DNA of 64,000 bases. It comes from Naegleria gruberi (lineage: Eukaryota). Below, piece after piece: positions 41,801 through 53,800 of the stretch. Position 1 is the first letter of the stretch. Each line of letters starts with the position of its first letter. The position numbers were made by a program, and so were the translations under genes. Location of the stretch: assembly GCA_000004985.1 (NCBI GenBank), contig GG738845.1; one strand, 5' to 3'. The notes below the pieces were generated by a model. That model had not been told where the DNA came from, did no database searches, and saw only the letters and a list, made by a program, of their open reading frames with translations.

Positions 41801-44800
41801 NNNNNNNNNNNNNNNNNNNNNNNNNNNNNNNNNNNNNNNNNNNNNNNNNNNNNNNNNNNNNNNNNNNNNNNNNNNNNNNNNNNNNNNNNNNNNNNNNNNN
41901 NNNNNNNNNNNNNNNNNNNNNNNNNNNNNNNNNNNNNNNNNNNNNNNNNNNNNNNNNNNNNNNNNNNNNNNNNNNNNNNNNNNNNNNNNNNNNNNNNNNN
42001 NNNNNNNNNNNNNNNNNNNNNNNNNNNNNNNNNNNNNNNNNNNNNNNNNNNNNNNNNNNNNNNNNNNNNNNNNNNNNNNNNNNNNNNNNNNNNNNNNNNN
42101 NNNNNNNNNNNNNNNNNNNNNNNNNNNNNNNNNNNNNNNNNNNNNNNNNNNNNNNNNNNNNNNNNNNNNNNNNNNNNNNNNNNNNNNNNNNNNNNNNNNN
42201 NNNNNNNNNNNNNNNNNNNNNNNNNNNNNNNNNNNNNNNNNNNNNNNNNNNNNNNNNNNNNNNNNNNNNNNNNNNNNNNNNNNNNNNNNNNNNNNNNNNN
42301 NNNNNNNNNNNNNNNNNNNNNNNNNNNNNNNNNNNNNNNNNNNNNNNNNNNNNNNNNNNNNNNNNNNNNNNNNNNNNNNNNNNNNNNNNNNNNNNNNNNN
42401 NNNNNNNNNNNNNNNNNNNNNNNNNNNNNNNNNNNNNNNNNNNNNNNNNNNNNNNNNNNNNNNNNNNNNNNNNNNNNNNNNNNNNNNNNNNNNNNNNNNN
42501 NNNNNNNNNNNNNNNNNNNNNNNNNNNNNNNNNNNNNNNNNNNNNNNNNNNNNNNNNNNNNNNNNNNNNNNNNNNNNNNNNNNNNNNNNNNNNNNNNNNN
42601 NNNNNNNNNNNNNNNNNNNNNNNNNNNNNNNNNNNNNNNNNNNNNNNNNNNNNNNNNNNNNNNNNNNNNNNNNNNNNNNNNNNNNNNNNNNNNNNNNNNN
42701 NNNNNNNNNNNNNNNNNNNNNNNNNNNNNNNNNNNNNNNNNNNNNNNNNNNNNNNNNNNNNNNNNNNNNNNNNNNNNNNNNNNNNNNNNNNNNNNNNNNN
42801 NNNNNNNNNNNNNNNNNNNNNNNNNNNNNNNNNNNNNNNNNNNNNNNNNNNNNNNNNNNNNNNNNNNNNNNNNNNNNNNNNNNNNNNNNNNNNNNNNNNN
42901 NNNNNNNNNNNNNNNNNNNNNNNNNNNNNNNNNNNNNNNNNNNNNNNNNNNNNNNNNNNNNNNNNNNNNNNNNNNNNNNNNNNNNNNNNNNNNNNNNNNN
43001 NNNNNNNNNNNNNNNNNNNNNNNNNNNNNNNNNNNNNNNNNNNNNNNNNNNNNNNNNNNNNNNNNNNNNNNNNNNNNNNNNNNNNNNNNNNNNNNNNNNN
43101 NNNNNNNNNNNNNNNNNNNNNNNNNNNNNNNNNNNNNNNNNNNNNNNNNNNNNNNNNNNNNNNNNNNNNNNNNNNNNNNNNNNNNNNNNNNNNNNNNNNN
43201 NNNNNNNNNNNNNNNNNNNNNNNNNNNNNNNNNNNNNNNNNNNNNNNNNNNNNNNNNNNNNNNNNNNNNNNNNNNNNNNNNNNNNNNNNNNNNNNNNNNN
43301 NNNNNNNNNNNNNNNNNNNNNNNNNNNNNNNNNNNNNNNNNNNNNNNNNNNNNNNNNNNNNNNNNNNNNNNNNNNNNNNNNNNNNNNNNNNNNNNNNNNN
43401 NNNNNNNNNNNNNNNNNNNNNNNNNNNNNNNNNNNNNNNNNNNNNNNNNNNNNNNNNNNNNNNNNNNNNNNNNNNNNNNNNNNNNNNNNNNNNNNNNNNN
43501 NNNNNNNNNNNNNNNNNNNNNNNNNNNNNNNNNNNNNNNNNNNNNNNNNNNNNNNNNNNNNNNNNNNNNNNNNNNNNNNNNNNNNNNNNNNNNNNNNNNN
43601 NNNNNNNNNNNNNNNNNNNNNNNNNNNNNNNNNNNNNNNNNNNNNNNNNNNNNNNNNNNNNNNNNNNNNNNNNNNNNNNNNNNNNNNNNNNNNNNNNNNN
43701 NNNNNNNNNNNNNNNNNNNNNNNNNNNNNNNNNNNNNNNNNNNNNNNNNNNNNNNNNNNNNNNNNNNNNNNNNNNNNNNNNNNNNNNNNNNNNNNNNNNN
43801 NNNNNNNNNNNNNNNNNNNNNNNNNNNNNNNNNNNNNNNNNNNNNNNNNNNNNNNNNNNNNNNNNNNNNNNNNNNNNNNNNNNNNNNNNNNNNNNNNNNN
43901 NNNNNNNNNNNNNNNNNNNNNNNNNNNNNNNNNNNNNNNNNNNNNNNNNNNNNNNNNNNNNNNNNNNNNNNNNNNNNNNNNNNNNNNNNNNNNNNNNNNN
44001 NNNNNNNNNNNNNNNNNNNNNNNNNNNNNNNNNNNNNNNNNNNNNNNNNNNNNNNNNNNNNNNNNNNNNNNNNNNNNNNNNNNNNNNNNNNNNNNNNNNN
44101 NNNNNNNNNNNNNNNNNNNNNNNNNNNNNNNNNNNNNNNNNNNNNNNNNNNNNNNNNNNNNNNNNNNNNNNNNNNNNNNNNNNNNNNNNNNNNNNNNNNN
44201 NNNNNNNNNNNNNNNNNNNNNNNNNNNNNNNNNNNNNNNNNNNNNNNNNNNNNNNNNNNNNNNNNNNNNNNNNNNNNNNNNNNNNNNNNNNNNNNNNNNN
44301 NNNNNNNNNNNNNNNNNNNNNNNNNNNNNNNNNNNNNNNNNNNNNNNNNNNNNNNNNNNNNNNNNNNNNNNNNNNNNNNNNNNNNNNNNNNNNNNNNNNN
44401 NNNNNNNNNNNNNNNNNNNNNNNNNNNNNNNNNNNNNNNNNNNNNNNNNNNNNNNNNNNNNNNNNNNNNNNNNNNNNNNNNNNNNNNNNNNNNNNNNNNN
44501 NNNNNNNNNNNNNNNNNNNNNNNNNNNNNNNNNNNNNNNNNNNNNNNNNNNNNNNNNNNNNNNNNNNNNNNNNNNNNNNNNNNNNNNNNNNNNNNNNNNN
44601 NNNNNNNNNNNNNNNNNNNNNNNNNNNNNNNNNNNNNNNNNNNNNNNNNNNNNNNNNNNNNNNNNNNNNNNNNNNNNNNNNNNNNNNNNNNNNNNNNNNN
44701 NNNNNNNNNNNNNNNNNNNNNNNNNNNNNNNNNNNNNNNNNNNNNNNNNNNNNNNNNNNNNNNNNNNNNNNNNNNNNNNNNNNNNNNNNNNNNNNNNNNN

Positions 44801-47800
44801 NNNNNNNNNNNNNNNNNNNNNNNNNNNNNNNNNNNNNNNNNNNNNNNNNNNNNNNNNNNNNNNNNNNNNNNNNNNNNNNNNNNNNNNNNNNNNNNNNNNN
44901 NNNNNNNNNNNNNNNNNNNNNNNNNNNNNNNNNNNNNNNNNNNNNNNNNNNNNNNNNNNNNNNNNNNNNNNNNNNNNNNNNNNNNNNNNNNNNNNNNNNN
45001 NNNNNNNNNNNNNNNNNNNNNNNNNNNNNNNNNNNNNNNNNNNNNNNNNNNNNNNNNNNNNNNNNNNNNNNNNNNNNNNNNNNNNNNNNNNNNNNNNNNN
45101 NNNNNNNNNNNNNNNNNNNNNNNNNNNNNNNNNNNNNNNNNNNNNNNNNNNNNNNNNNNNNNNNNNNNNNNNNNNNNNNNNNNNNNNNNNNNNNNNNNNN
45201 NNNNNNNNNNNNNNNNNNNNNNNNNNNNNNNNNNNNNNNNNNNNNNNNNNNNNNNNNNNNNNNNNNNNNNNNNNNNNNNNNNNNNNNNNNNNNNNNNNNN
45301 NNNNNNNNNNNNNNNNNNNNNNNNNNNNNNNNNNNNNNNNNNNNNNNNNNNNNNNNNNNNNNNNNNNNNNNNNNNNNNNNNNNNNNNNNNNNNNNNNNNN
45401 NNNNNNNNNNNNNNNNNNNNNNNNNNNNNNNNNNNNNNNNNNNNNNNNNNNNNNNNNNNNNNNNNNNNNNNNNNNNNNNNNNNNNNNNNNNNNNNNNNNN
45501 NNNNNNNNNNNNNNNNNNNNNNNNNNNNNNNNNNNNNNNNNNNNNNNNNNNNNNNNNNNNNNNNNNNNNNNNNNNNNNNNNNNNNNNNNNNNNNNNNNNN
45601 NNNNNNNNNNNNNNNNNNNNNNNNNNNNNNNNNNNNNNNNNNNNNNNNNNNNNNNNNNNNNNNNNNNNNNNNNNNNNNNNNNNNNNNNNNNNNNNNNNNN
45701 NNNNNNNNNNNNNNNNNNNNNNNNNNNNNNNNNNNNNNNNNNNNNNNNNNNNNNNNNNNNNNNNNNNNNNNNNNNNNNNNNNNNNNNNNNNNNNNNNNNN
45801 NNNNNNNNNNNNNNNNNNNNNNNNNNNNNNNNNNNNNNNNNNNNNNNNNNNNNNNNNNNNNNNNNNNNNNNNNNNNNNNNNNNNNNNNNNNNNNNNNNNN
45901 NNNNNNNNNNNNNNNNNNNNNNNNNNNNNNNNNNNNNNNNNNNNNNNNNNNNNNNNNNNNNNNNNNNNNNNNNNNNNNNNNNNNNNNNNNNNNNNNNNNN
46001 NNNNNNNNNNNNNNNNNNNNNNNNNNNNNNNNNNNNNNNNNNNNNNNNNNNNNNNNNNNNNNNNNNNNNNNNNNNNNNNNNNNNNNNNNNNNNNNNNNNN
46101 NNNNNNNNNNNNNNNNNNNNNNNNNNNNNNNNNNNNNNNNNNNNNNNNNNNNNNNNNNNNNNNNNNNNNNNNNNNNNNNNNNNNNNNNNNNNNNNNNNNN
46201 NNNNNNNNNNNNNNNNNNNNNNNNNNNNNNNNNNNNNNNNNNNNNNNNNNNNNNNNNNNNNNNNNNNNNNNNNNNNNNNNNNNNNNNNNNNNNNNNNNNN
46301 NNNNNNNNNNNNNNNNNNNNNNNNNNNNNNNNNNNNNNNNNNNNNNNNNNNNNNNNNNNNNNNNNNNNNNNNNNNNNNNNNNNNNNNNNNNNNNNNNNNN
46401 NNNNNNNNNNNNNNNNNNNNNNNNNNNNNNNNNNNNNNNNNNNNNNNNNNNNNNNNNNNNNNNNNNNNNNNNNNNNNNNNNNNNNNNNNNNNNNNNNNNN
46501 NNNNNNNNNNNNNNNNNNNNNNNNNNNNNNNNNNNNNNNNNNNNNNNNNNNNNNNNNNNNNNNNNNNNNNNNNNNNNNNNNNNNNNNNNNNNNNNNNNNN
46601 NNNNNNNNNNNNNNNNNNNNNNNNNNNNNNNNNNNNNNNNNNNNNNNNNNNNNNNNNNNNNNNNNNNNNNNNNNNNNNNNNNNNNNNNNNNNNNNNNNNN
46701 NNNNNNNNNNNNNNNNNNNNNNNNNNNNNNNNNNNNNNNNNNNNNNNNNNNNNNNNNNNNNNNNNNNNNNNNNNNNNNNNNNNNNNNNNNNNNNNNNNNN
46801 NNNNNNNNNNNNNNNNNNNNNNNNNNNNNNNNNNNNNNNNNNNNNNNNNNNNNNNNNNNNNNNNNNNNNNNNNNNNNNNNNNNNNNNNNNNNNNNNNNNN
46901 NNNNNNNNNNNNNNNNNNNNNNNNNNNNNNNNNNNNNNNNNNNNNNNNNNNNNNNNNNNNNNNNNNNNNNNNNNNNNNNNNNNNNNNNNNNNNNNNNNNN
47001 NNNNNNNNNNNNNNNNNNNNNNNNNNNNNNNNNNNNNNNNNNNNNNNNNNNNNNNNNNNNNNNNNNNNNNNNNNNNNNNNNNNNNNNNNNNNNNNNNNNN
47101 NNNNNNNNNNNNNNNNNNNNNNNNNNNNNNNNNNNNNNNNNNNNNNNNNNNNNNNNNNNNNNNNNNNNNNNNNNNNNNNNNNNNNNNNNNNNNNNNNNNN
47201 NNNNNNNNNNNNNNNNNNNNNNNNNNNNNNNNNNNNNNNNNNNNNNNNNNNNNNNNNNNNNNNNNNNNNNNNNNNNNNNNNNNNNNNNNNNNNNNNNNNN
47301 NNNNNNNNNNNNNNNNNNNNNNNNNNNNNNNNNNNNNNNNNNNNNNNNNNNNNNNNNNNNNNNNNNNNNNNNNNNNNNNNNNNNNNNNNNNNNNNNNNNN
47401 NNNNNNNNNNNNNNNNNNNNNNNNNNNNNNNNNNNNNNNNNNNNNNNNNNNNNNNNNNNNNNNNNNNNNNNNNNNNNNNNNNNNNNNNNNNNNNNNNNNN
47501 NNNNNNNNNNNNNNNNNNNNNNNNNNNNNNNNNNNNNNNNNNNNNNNNNNNNNNNNNNNNNNNNNNNNNNNNNNNNNNNNNNNNNNNNNNNNNNNNNNNN
47601 NNNNNNNNNNNNNNNNNNNNNNNNNNNNNNNNNNNNNNNNNNNNNNNNNNNNNNNNNNNNNNNNNNNNNNNNNNNNNNNNNNNNNNNNNNNNNNNNNNNN
47701 NNNNNNNNNNNNNNNNNNNNNNNNNNNNNNNNNNNNNNNNNNNNNNNNNNNNNNNNNNNNNNNNNNNNNNNNNNNNNNNNNNNNNNNNNNNNNNNNNNNN

Positions 47801-50800
47801 NNNNNNNNNNNNNNNNNNNNNNNNNNNNNNNNNNNNNNNNNNNNNNNNNNNNNNNNNNNNNNNNNNNNNNNNNNNNNNNNNNNNNNNNNNNNNNNNNNNN
47901 NNNNNNNNNNNNNNNNNNNNNNNNNNNNNNNNNNNNNNNNNNNNNNNNNNNNNNNNNNNNNNNNNNNNNNNNNNNNNNNNNNNNNNNNNNNNNNNNNNNN
48001 NNNNNNNNNNNNNNNNNNNNNNNNNNNNNNNNNNNNNNNNNNNNNNNNNNNNNNNNNNNNNNNNNNNNNNNNNNNNNNNNNNNNNNNNNNNNNNNNNNNN
48101 NNNNNNNNNNNNNNNNNNNNNNNNNNNNNNNNNNNNNNNNNNNNNNNNNNNNNNNNNNNNNNNNNNNNNNNNNNNNNNNNNNNNNNNNNNNNNNNNNNNN
48201 NNNNNNNNNNNNNNNNNNNNNNNNNNNNNNNNNNNNNNNNNNNNNNNNNNNNNNNNNNNNNNNNNNNNNNNNNNNNNNNNNNNNNNNNNNNNNNNNNNNN
48301 NNNNNNNNNNNNNNNNNNNNNNNNNNNNNNNNNNNNNNNNNNNNNNNNNNNNNNNNNNNNNNNNNNNNNNNNNNNNNNNNNNNNNNNNNNNNNNNNNNNN
48401 NNNNNNNNNNNNNNNNNNNNNNNNNNNNNNNNNNNNNNNNNNNNNNNNNNNNNNNNNNNNNNNNNNNNNNNNNNNNNNNNNNNNNNNNNNNNNNNNNNNN
48501 NNNNNNNNNNNNNNNNNNNNNNNNNNNNNNNNNNNNNNNNNNNNNNNNNNNNNNNNNNNNNNNNNNNNNNNNNNNNNNNNNNNNNNNNNNNNNNNNNNNN
48601 NNNNNNNNNNNNNNNNNNNNNNNNNNNNNNNNNNNNNNNNNNNNNNNNNNNNNNNNNNNNNNNNNNNNNNNNNNNNNNNNNNNNNNNNNNNNNNNNNNNN
48701 NNNNNNNNNNNNNNNNNNNNNNNNNNNNNNNNNNNNNNNNNNNNNNNNNNNNNNNNNNNNNNNNNNNNNNNNNNNNNNNNNNNNNNNNNNNNNNNNNNNN
48801 NNNNNNNNNNNNNNNNNNNNNNNNNNNNNNNNNNNNNNNNNNNNNNNNNNNNNNNNNNNNNNNNNNNNNNNNNNNNNNNNNNNNNNNNNNNNNNNNNNNN
48901 NNNNNNNNNNNNNNNNNNNNNNNNNNNNNNNNNNNNNNNNNNNNNNNNNNNNNNNNNNNNNNNNNNNNNNNNNNNNNNNNNNNNNNNNNNNNNNNNNNNN
49001 NNNNNNNNNNNNNNNNNNNNNNNNNNNNNNNNNNNNNNNNNNNNNNNNNNNNNNNNNNNNNNNNNNNNNNNNNNNNNNNNNNNNNNNNNNNNNNNNNNNN
49101 NNNNNNNNNNNNNNNNNNNNNNNNNNNNNNNNNNNNNNNNNNNNNNNNNNNNNNNNNNNNNNNNNNNNNNNNNNNNNNNNNNNNNNNNNNNNNNNNNNNN
49201 NNNNNNNNNNNNNNNNNNNNNNNNNNNNNNNNNNNNNNNNNNNNNNNNNNNNNNNNNNNNNNNNNNNNNNNNNNNNNNNNNNNNNNNNNNNNNNNNNNNN
49301 NNNNNNNNNNNNNNNNNNNNNNNNNNNNNNNNNNNNNNNNNNNNNNNNNNNNNNNNNNNNNNNNNNNNNNNNNNNNNNNNNNNNNNNNNNNNNNNNNNNN
49401 NNNNNNNNNNNNNNNNNNNNNNNNNNNNNNNNNNNNNNNNNNNNNNNNNNNNNNNNNNNNNNNNNNNNNNNNNNNNNNNNNNNNNNNNNNNNNNNNNNNN
49501 NNNNNNNNNNNNNNNNNNNNNNNNNNNNNNNNNNNNNNNNNNNNNNNNNNNNNNNNNNNNNNNNNNNNNNNNNNNNNNNNNNNNNNNNNNNNNNNNNNNN
49601 NNNNNNNNNNNNNNNNNNNNNNNNNNNNNNNNNNNNNNNNNNNNNNNNNNNNNNNNNNNNNNNNNNNNNNNNNNNNNNNNNNNNNNNNNNNNNNNNNNNN
49701 NNNNNNNNNNNNNNNNNNNNNNNNNNNNNNNNNNNNNNNNNNNNNNNNNNNNNNNNNNNNNNNNNNNNNNNNNNNNNNNNNNNNNNNNNNNNNNNNNNNN
49801 NNNNNNNNNNNNNNNNNNNNNNNNNNNNNNNNNNNNNNNNNNNNNNNNNNNNNNNNNNNNNNNNNNNNNNNNNNNNNNNNNNNNNNNNNNNNNNNNNNNN
49901 NNNNNNNNNNNNNNNNNNNNNNNNNNNNNNNNNNNNNNNNNNNNNNNNNNNNNNNNNNNNNNNNNNNNNNNNNNNNNNNNNNNNNNNNNNNNNNNNNNNN
50001 NNNNNNNNNNNNNNNNNNNNNNNNNNNNNNNNNNNNNNNNNNNNNNNNNNNNNNNNNNNNNNNNNNNNNNNNNNNNNNNNNNNNNNNNNNNNNNNNNNNN
50101 NNNNNNNNNNNNNNNNNNNNNNNNNNNNNNNNNNNNNNNNNNNNNNNNNNNNNNNNNNNNNNNNNNNNNNNNNNNNNNNNNNNNNNNNNNNNNNNNNNNN
50201 NNNNNNNNNNNNNNNNNNNNNNNNNNNNNNNNNNNNNNNNNNNNNNNNNNNNNNNNNNNNNNNNNNNNNNNNNNNNNNNNNNNNNNNNNNNNNNNNNNNN
50301 NNNNNNNNNNNNNNNNNNNNNNNNNNNNNNNNNNNNNNNNNNNNNNNNNNNNNNNNNNNNNNNNNNNNNNNNNNNNNNNNNNNNNNNNNNNNNNNNNNNN
50401 NNNNNNNNNNNNNNNNNNNNNNNNNNNNNNNNNNNNNNNNNNNNNNNNNNNNNNNNNNNNNNNNNNNNNNNNNNNNNNNNNNNNNNNNNNNNNNNNNNNN
50501 NNNNNNNNNNNNNNNNNNNNNNNNNNNNNNNNNNNNNNNNNNNNNNNNNNNNNNNNNNNNNNNNNNNNNNNNNNNNNNNNNNNNNNNNNNNNNNNNNNNN
50601 NNNNNNNNNNNNNNNNNNNNNNNNNNNNNNNNNNNNNNNNNNNNNNNNNNNNNNNNNNNNNNNNNNNNNNNNNNNNNNNNNNNNNNNNNNNNNNNNNNNN
50701 NNNNNNNNNNNNNNNNNNNNNNNNNNNNNNNNNNNNNNNNNNNNNNNNNNNNNNNNNNNNNNNNNNNNNNNNNNNNNNNNNNNNNNNNNNNNNNNNNNNN

Positions 50801-53800
50801 NNNNNNNNNNNNNNNNNNNNNNNNNNNNNNNNNNNNNNNNNNNNNNNNNNNNNNNNNNNNNNNNNNNNNNNNNNNNNNNNNNNNNNNNNNNNNNNNNNNN
50901 NNNNNNNNNNNNNNNNNNNNNNNNNNNNNNNNNNNNNNNNNNNNNNNNNNNNNNNNNNNNNNNNNNNNNNNNNNNNNNNNNNNNNNNNNNNNNNNNNNNN
51001 NNNNNNNNNNNNNNNNNNNNNNNNNNNNNNNNNNNNNNNNNNNNNNNNNNNNNNNNNNNNNNNNNNNNNNNNNNNNNNNNNNNNNNNNNNNNNNNNNNNN
51101 NNNNNNNNNNNNNNNNNNNNNNNNNNNNNNNNNNNNNNNNNNNNNNNNNNNNNNNNNNNNNNNNNNNNNNNNNNNNNNNNNNNNNNNNNNNNNNNNNNNN
51201 NNNNNNNNNNNNNNNNNNNNNNNNNNNNNNNNNNNNNNNNNNNNNNNNNNNNNNNNNNNNNNNNNNNNNNNNNNNNNNNNNNNNNNNNNNNNNNNNNNNN
51301 NNNNNNNNNNNNNNNNNNNNNNNNNNNNNNNNNNNNNNNNNNNNNNNNNNNNNNNNNNNNNNNNNNNNNNNNNNNNNNNNNNNNNNNNNNNNNNNNNNNN
51401 NNNNNNNNNNNNNNNNNNNNNNNNNNNNNNNNNNNNNNNNNNNNNNNNNNNNNNNNNNNNNNNNNNNNNNNNNNNNNNNNNNNNNNNNNNNNNNNNNNNN
51501 NNNNNNNNNNNNNNNNNNNNNNNNNNNNNNNNNNNNNNNNNNNNNNNNNNNNNNNNNNNNNNNNNNNNNNNNNNNNNNNNNNNNNNNNNNNNNNNNNNNN
51601 NNNNNNNNNNNNNNNNNNNNNNNNNNNNNNNNNNNNNNNNNNNNNNNNNNNNNNNNNNNNNNNNNNNNNNNNNNNNNNNNNNNNNNNNNNNNNNNNNNNN
51701 NNNNNNNNNNNNNNNNNNNNNNNNNNNNNNNNNNNNNNNNNNNNNNNNNNNNNNNNNNNNNNNNNNNNNNNNNNNNNNNNNNNNNNNNNNNNNNNNNNNN
51801 NNNNNNNNNNNNNNNNNNNNNNNNNNNNNNNNNNNNNNNNNNNNNNNNNNNNNNNNNNNNNNNNNNNNNNNNNNNNNNNNNNNNNNNNNNNNNNNNNNNN
51901 NNNNNNNNNNNNNNNNNNNNNNNNNNNNNNNNNNNNNNNNNNNNNNNNNNNNNNNNNNNNNNNNNNNNNNNNNNNNNNNNNNNNNNNNNNNNNNNNNNNN
52001 NNNNNNNNNNNNNNNNNNNNNNNNNNNNNNNNNNNNNNNNNNNNNNNNNNNNNNNNNNNNNNNNNNNNNNNNNNNNNNNNNNNNNNNNNNNNNNNNNNNN
52101 NNNNNNNNNNNNNNNNNNNNNNNNNNNNNNNNNNNNNNNNNNNNNNNNNNNNNNNNNNNNNNNNNNNNNNNNNNNNNNNNNNNNNNNNNNNNNNNNNNNN
52201 NNNNNNNNNNNNNNNNNNNNNNNNNNNNNNNNNNNNNNNNNNNNNNNNNNNNNNNNNNNNNNNNNNNNNNNNNNNNNNNNNNNNNNNNNNNNNNNNNNNN
52301 NNNNNNNNNNNNNNNNNNNNNNNNNNNNNNNNNNNNNNNNNNNNNNNNNNNNNNNNNNNNNNNNNNNNNNNNNNNNNNNNNNNNNNNNNNNNNNNNNNNN
52401 NNNNNNNNNNNNNNNNNNNNNNNNNNNNNNNNNNNNNNNNNNNNNNNNNNNNNNNNNNNNNNNNNNNNNNNNNNNNNNNNNNNNNNNNNNNNNNNNNNNN
52501 NNNNNNNNNNNNNNNNNNNNNNNNNNNNNNNNNNNNNNNNNNNNNNNNNNNNNNNNNNNNNNNNNNNNNNNNNNNNNNNNNNNNNNNNNNNNNNNNNNNN
52601 NNNNNNNNNNNNNNNNNNNNNNNNNNNNNNNNNNNNNNNNNNNNNNNNNNNNNNNNNNNNNNNNNNNNNNNNNNNNNNNNNNNNNNNNNNNNNNNNNNNN
52701 NNNNNNNNNNNNNNNNNNNNNNNNNNNNNNNNNNNNNNNNNNNNNNNNNNNNNNNNNNNNNNNNNNNNNNNNNNNNNNNNNNNNNNNNNNNNNNNNNNNN
52801 NNNNNNNNNNNNNNNNNNNNNNNNNNNNNNNNNNNNNNNNNNNNNNNNNNNNNNNNNNNNNNNNNNNNNNNNNNNNNNNNNNNNNNNNNNNNNNNNNNNN
52901 NNNNNNNNNNNNNNNNNNNNNNNNNNNNNNNNNNNNNNNNNNNNNNNNNNNNNNNNNNNNNNNNNNNNNNNNNNNNNNNNNNNNNNNNNNNNNNNNNNNN
53001 NNNNNNNNNNNNNNNNNNNNNNNNNNNNNNNNNNNNNNNNNNNNNNNNNNNNNNNNNNNNNNNNNNNNNNNNNNNNNNNNNNNNNNNNNNNNNNNNNNNN
53101 NNNNNNNNNNNNNNNNNNNNNNNNNNNNNNNNNNNNNNNNNNNNNNNNNNNNNNNNNNNNNNNNNNNNNNNNNNNNNNNNNNNNNNNNNNNNNNNNNNNN
53201 NNNNNNNNNNNNNNNNNNNNNNNNNNNNNNNNNNNNNNNNNNNNNNNNNNNNNNNNNNNNNNNNNNNNNNNNNNNNNNNNNNNNNNNNNNNNNNNNNNNN
53301 NNNNNNNNNNNNNNNNNNNNNNNNNNNNNNNNNNNNNNNNNNNNNNNNNNNNNNNNNNNNNNNNNNNNNNNNNNNNNNNNNNNNNNNNNNNNNNNNNNNN
53401 NNNNNNNNNNNNNNNNNNNNNNNNNNNNNNNNNNNNNNNNNNNNNNNNNNNNNNNNNNNNNNNNNNNNNNNNNNNNNNNNNNNNNNNNNNNNNNNNNNNN
53501 NNNNNNNNNNNNNNNNNNNNNNNNNNNNNNNNNNNNNNNNNNNNNNNNNNNNNNNNNNNNNNNNNNNNNNNNNNNNNNNNNNNNNNNNNNNNNNNNNNNN
53601 NNNNNNNNNNNNNNNNNNNNNNNNNNNNNNNNNNNNNNNNNNNNNNNNNNNNNNNNNNNNNNNNNNNNNNNNNNNNNNNNNNNNNNNNNNNNNNNNNNNN
53701 NNNNNNNNNNNNNNNNNNNNNNNNNNNNNNNNNNNNNNNNNNNNNNNNNNNNNNNNNNNNNNNNNNNNNNNNNNNNNNNNNNNNNNNNNNNNNNNNNNNN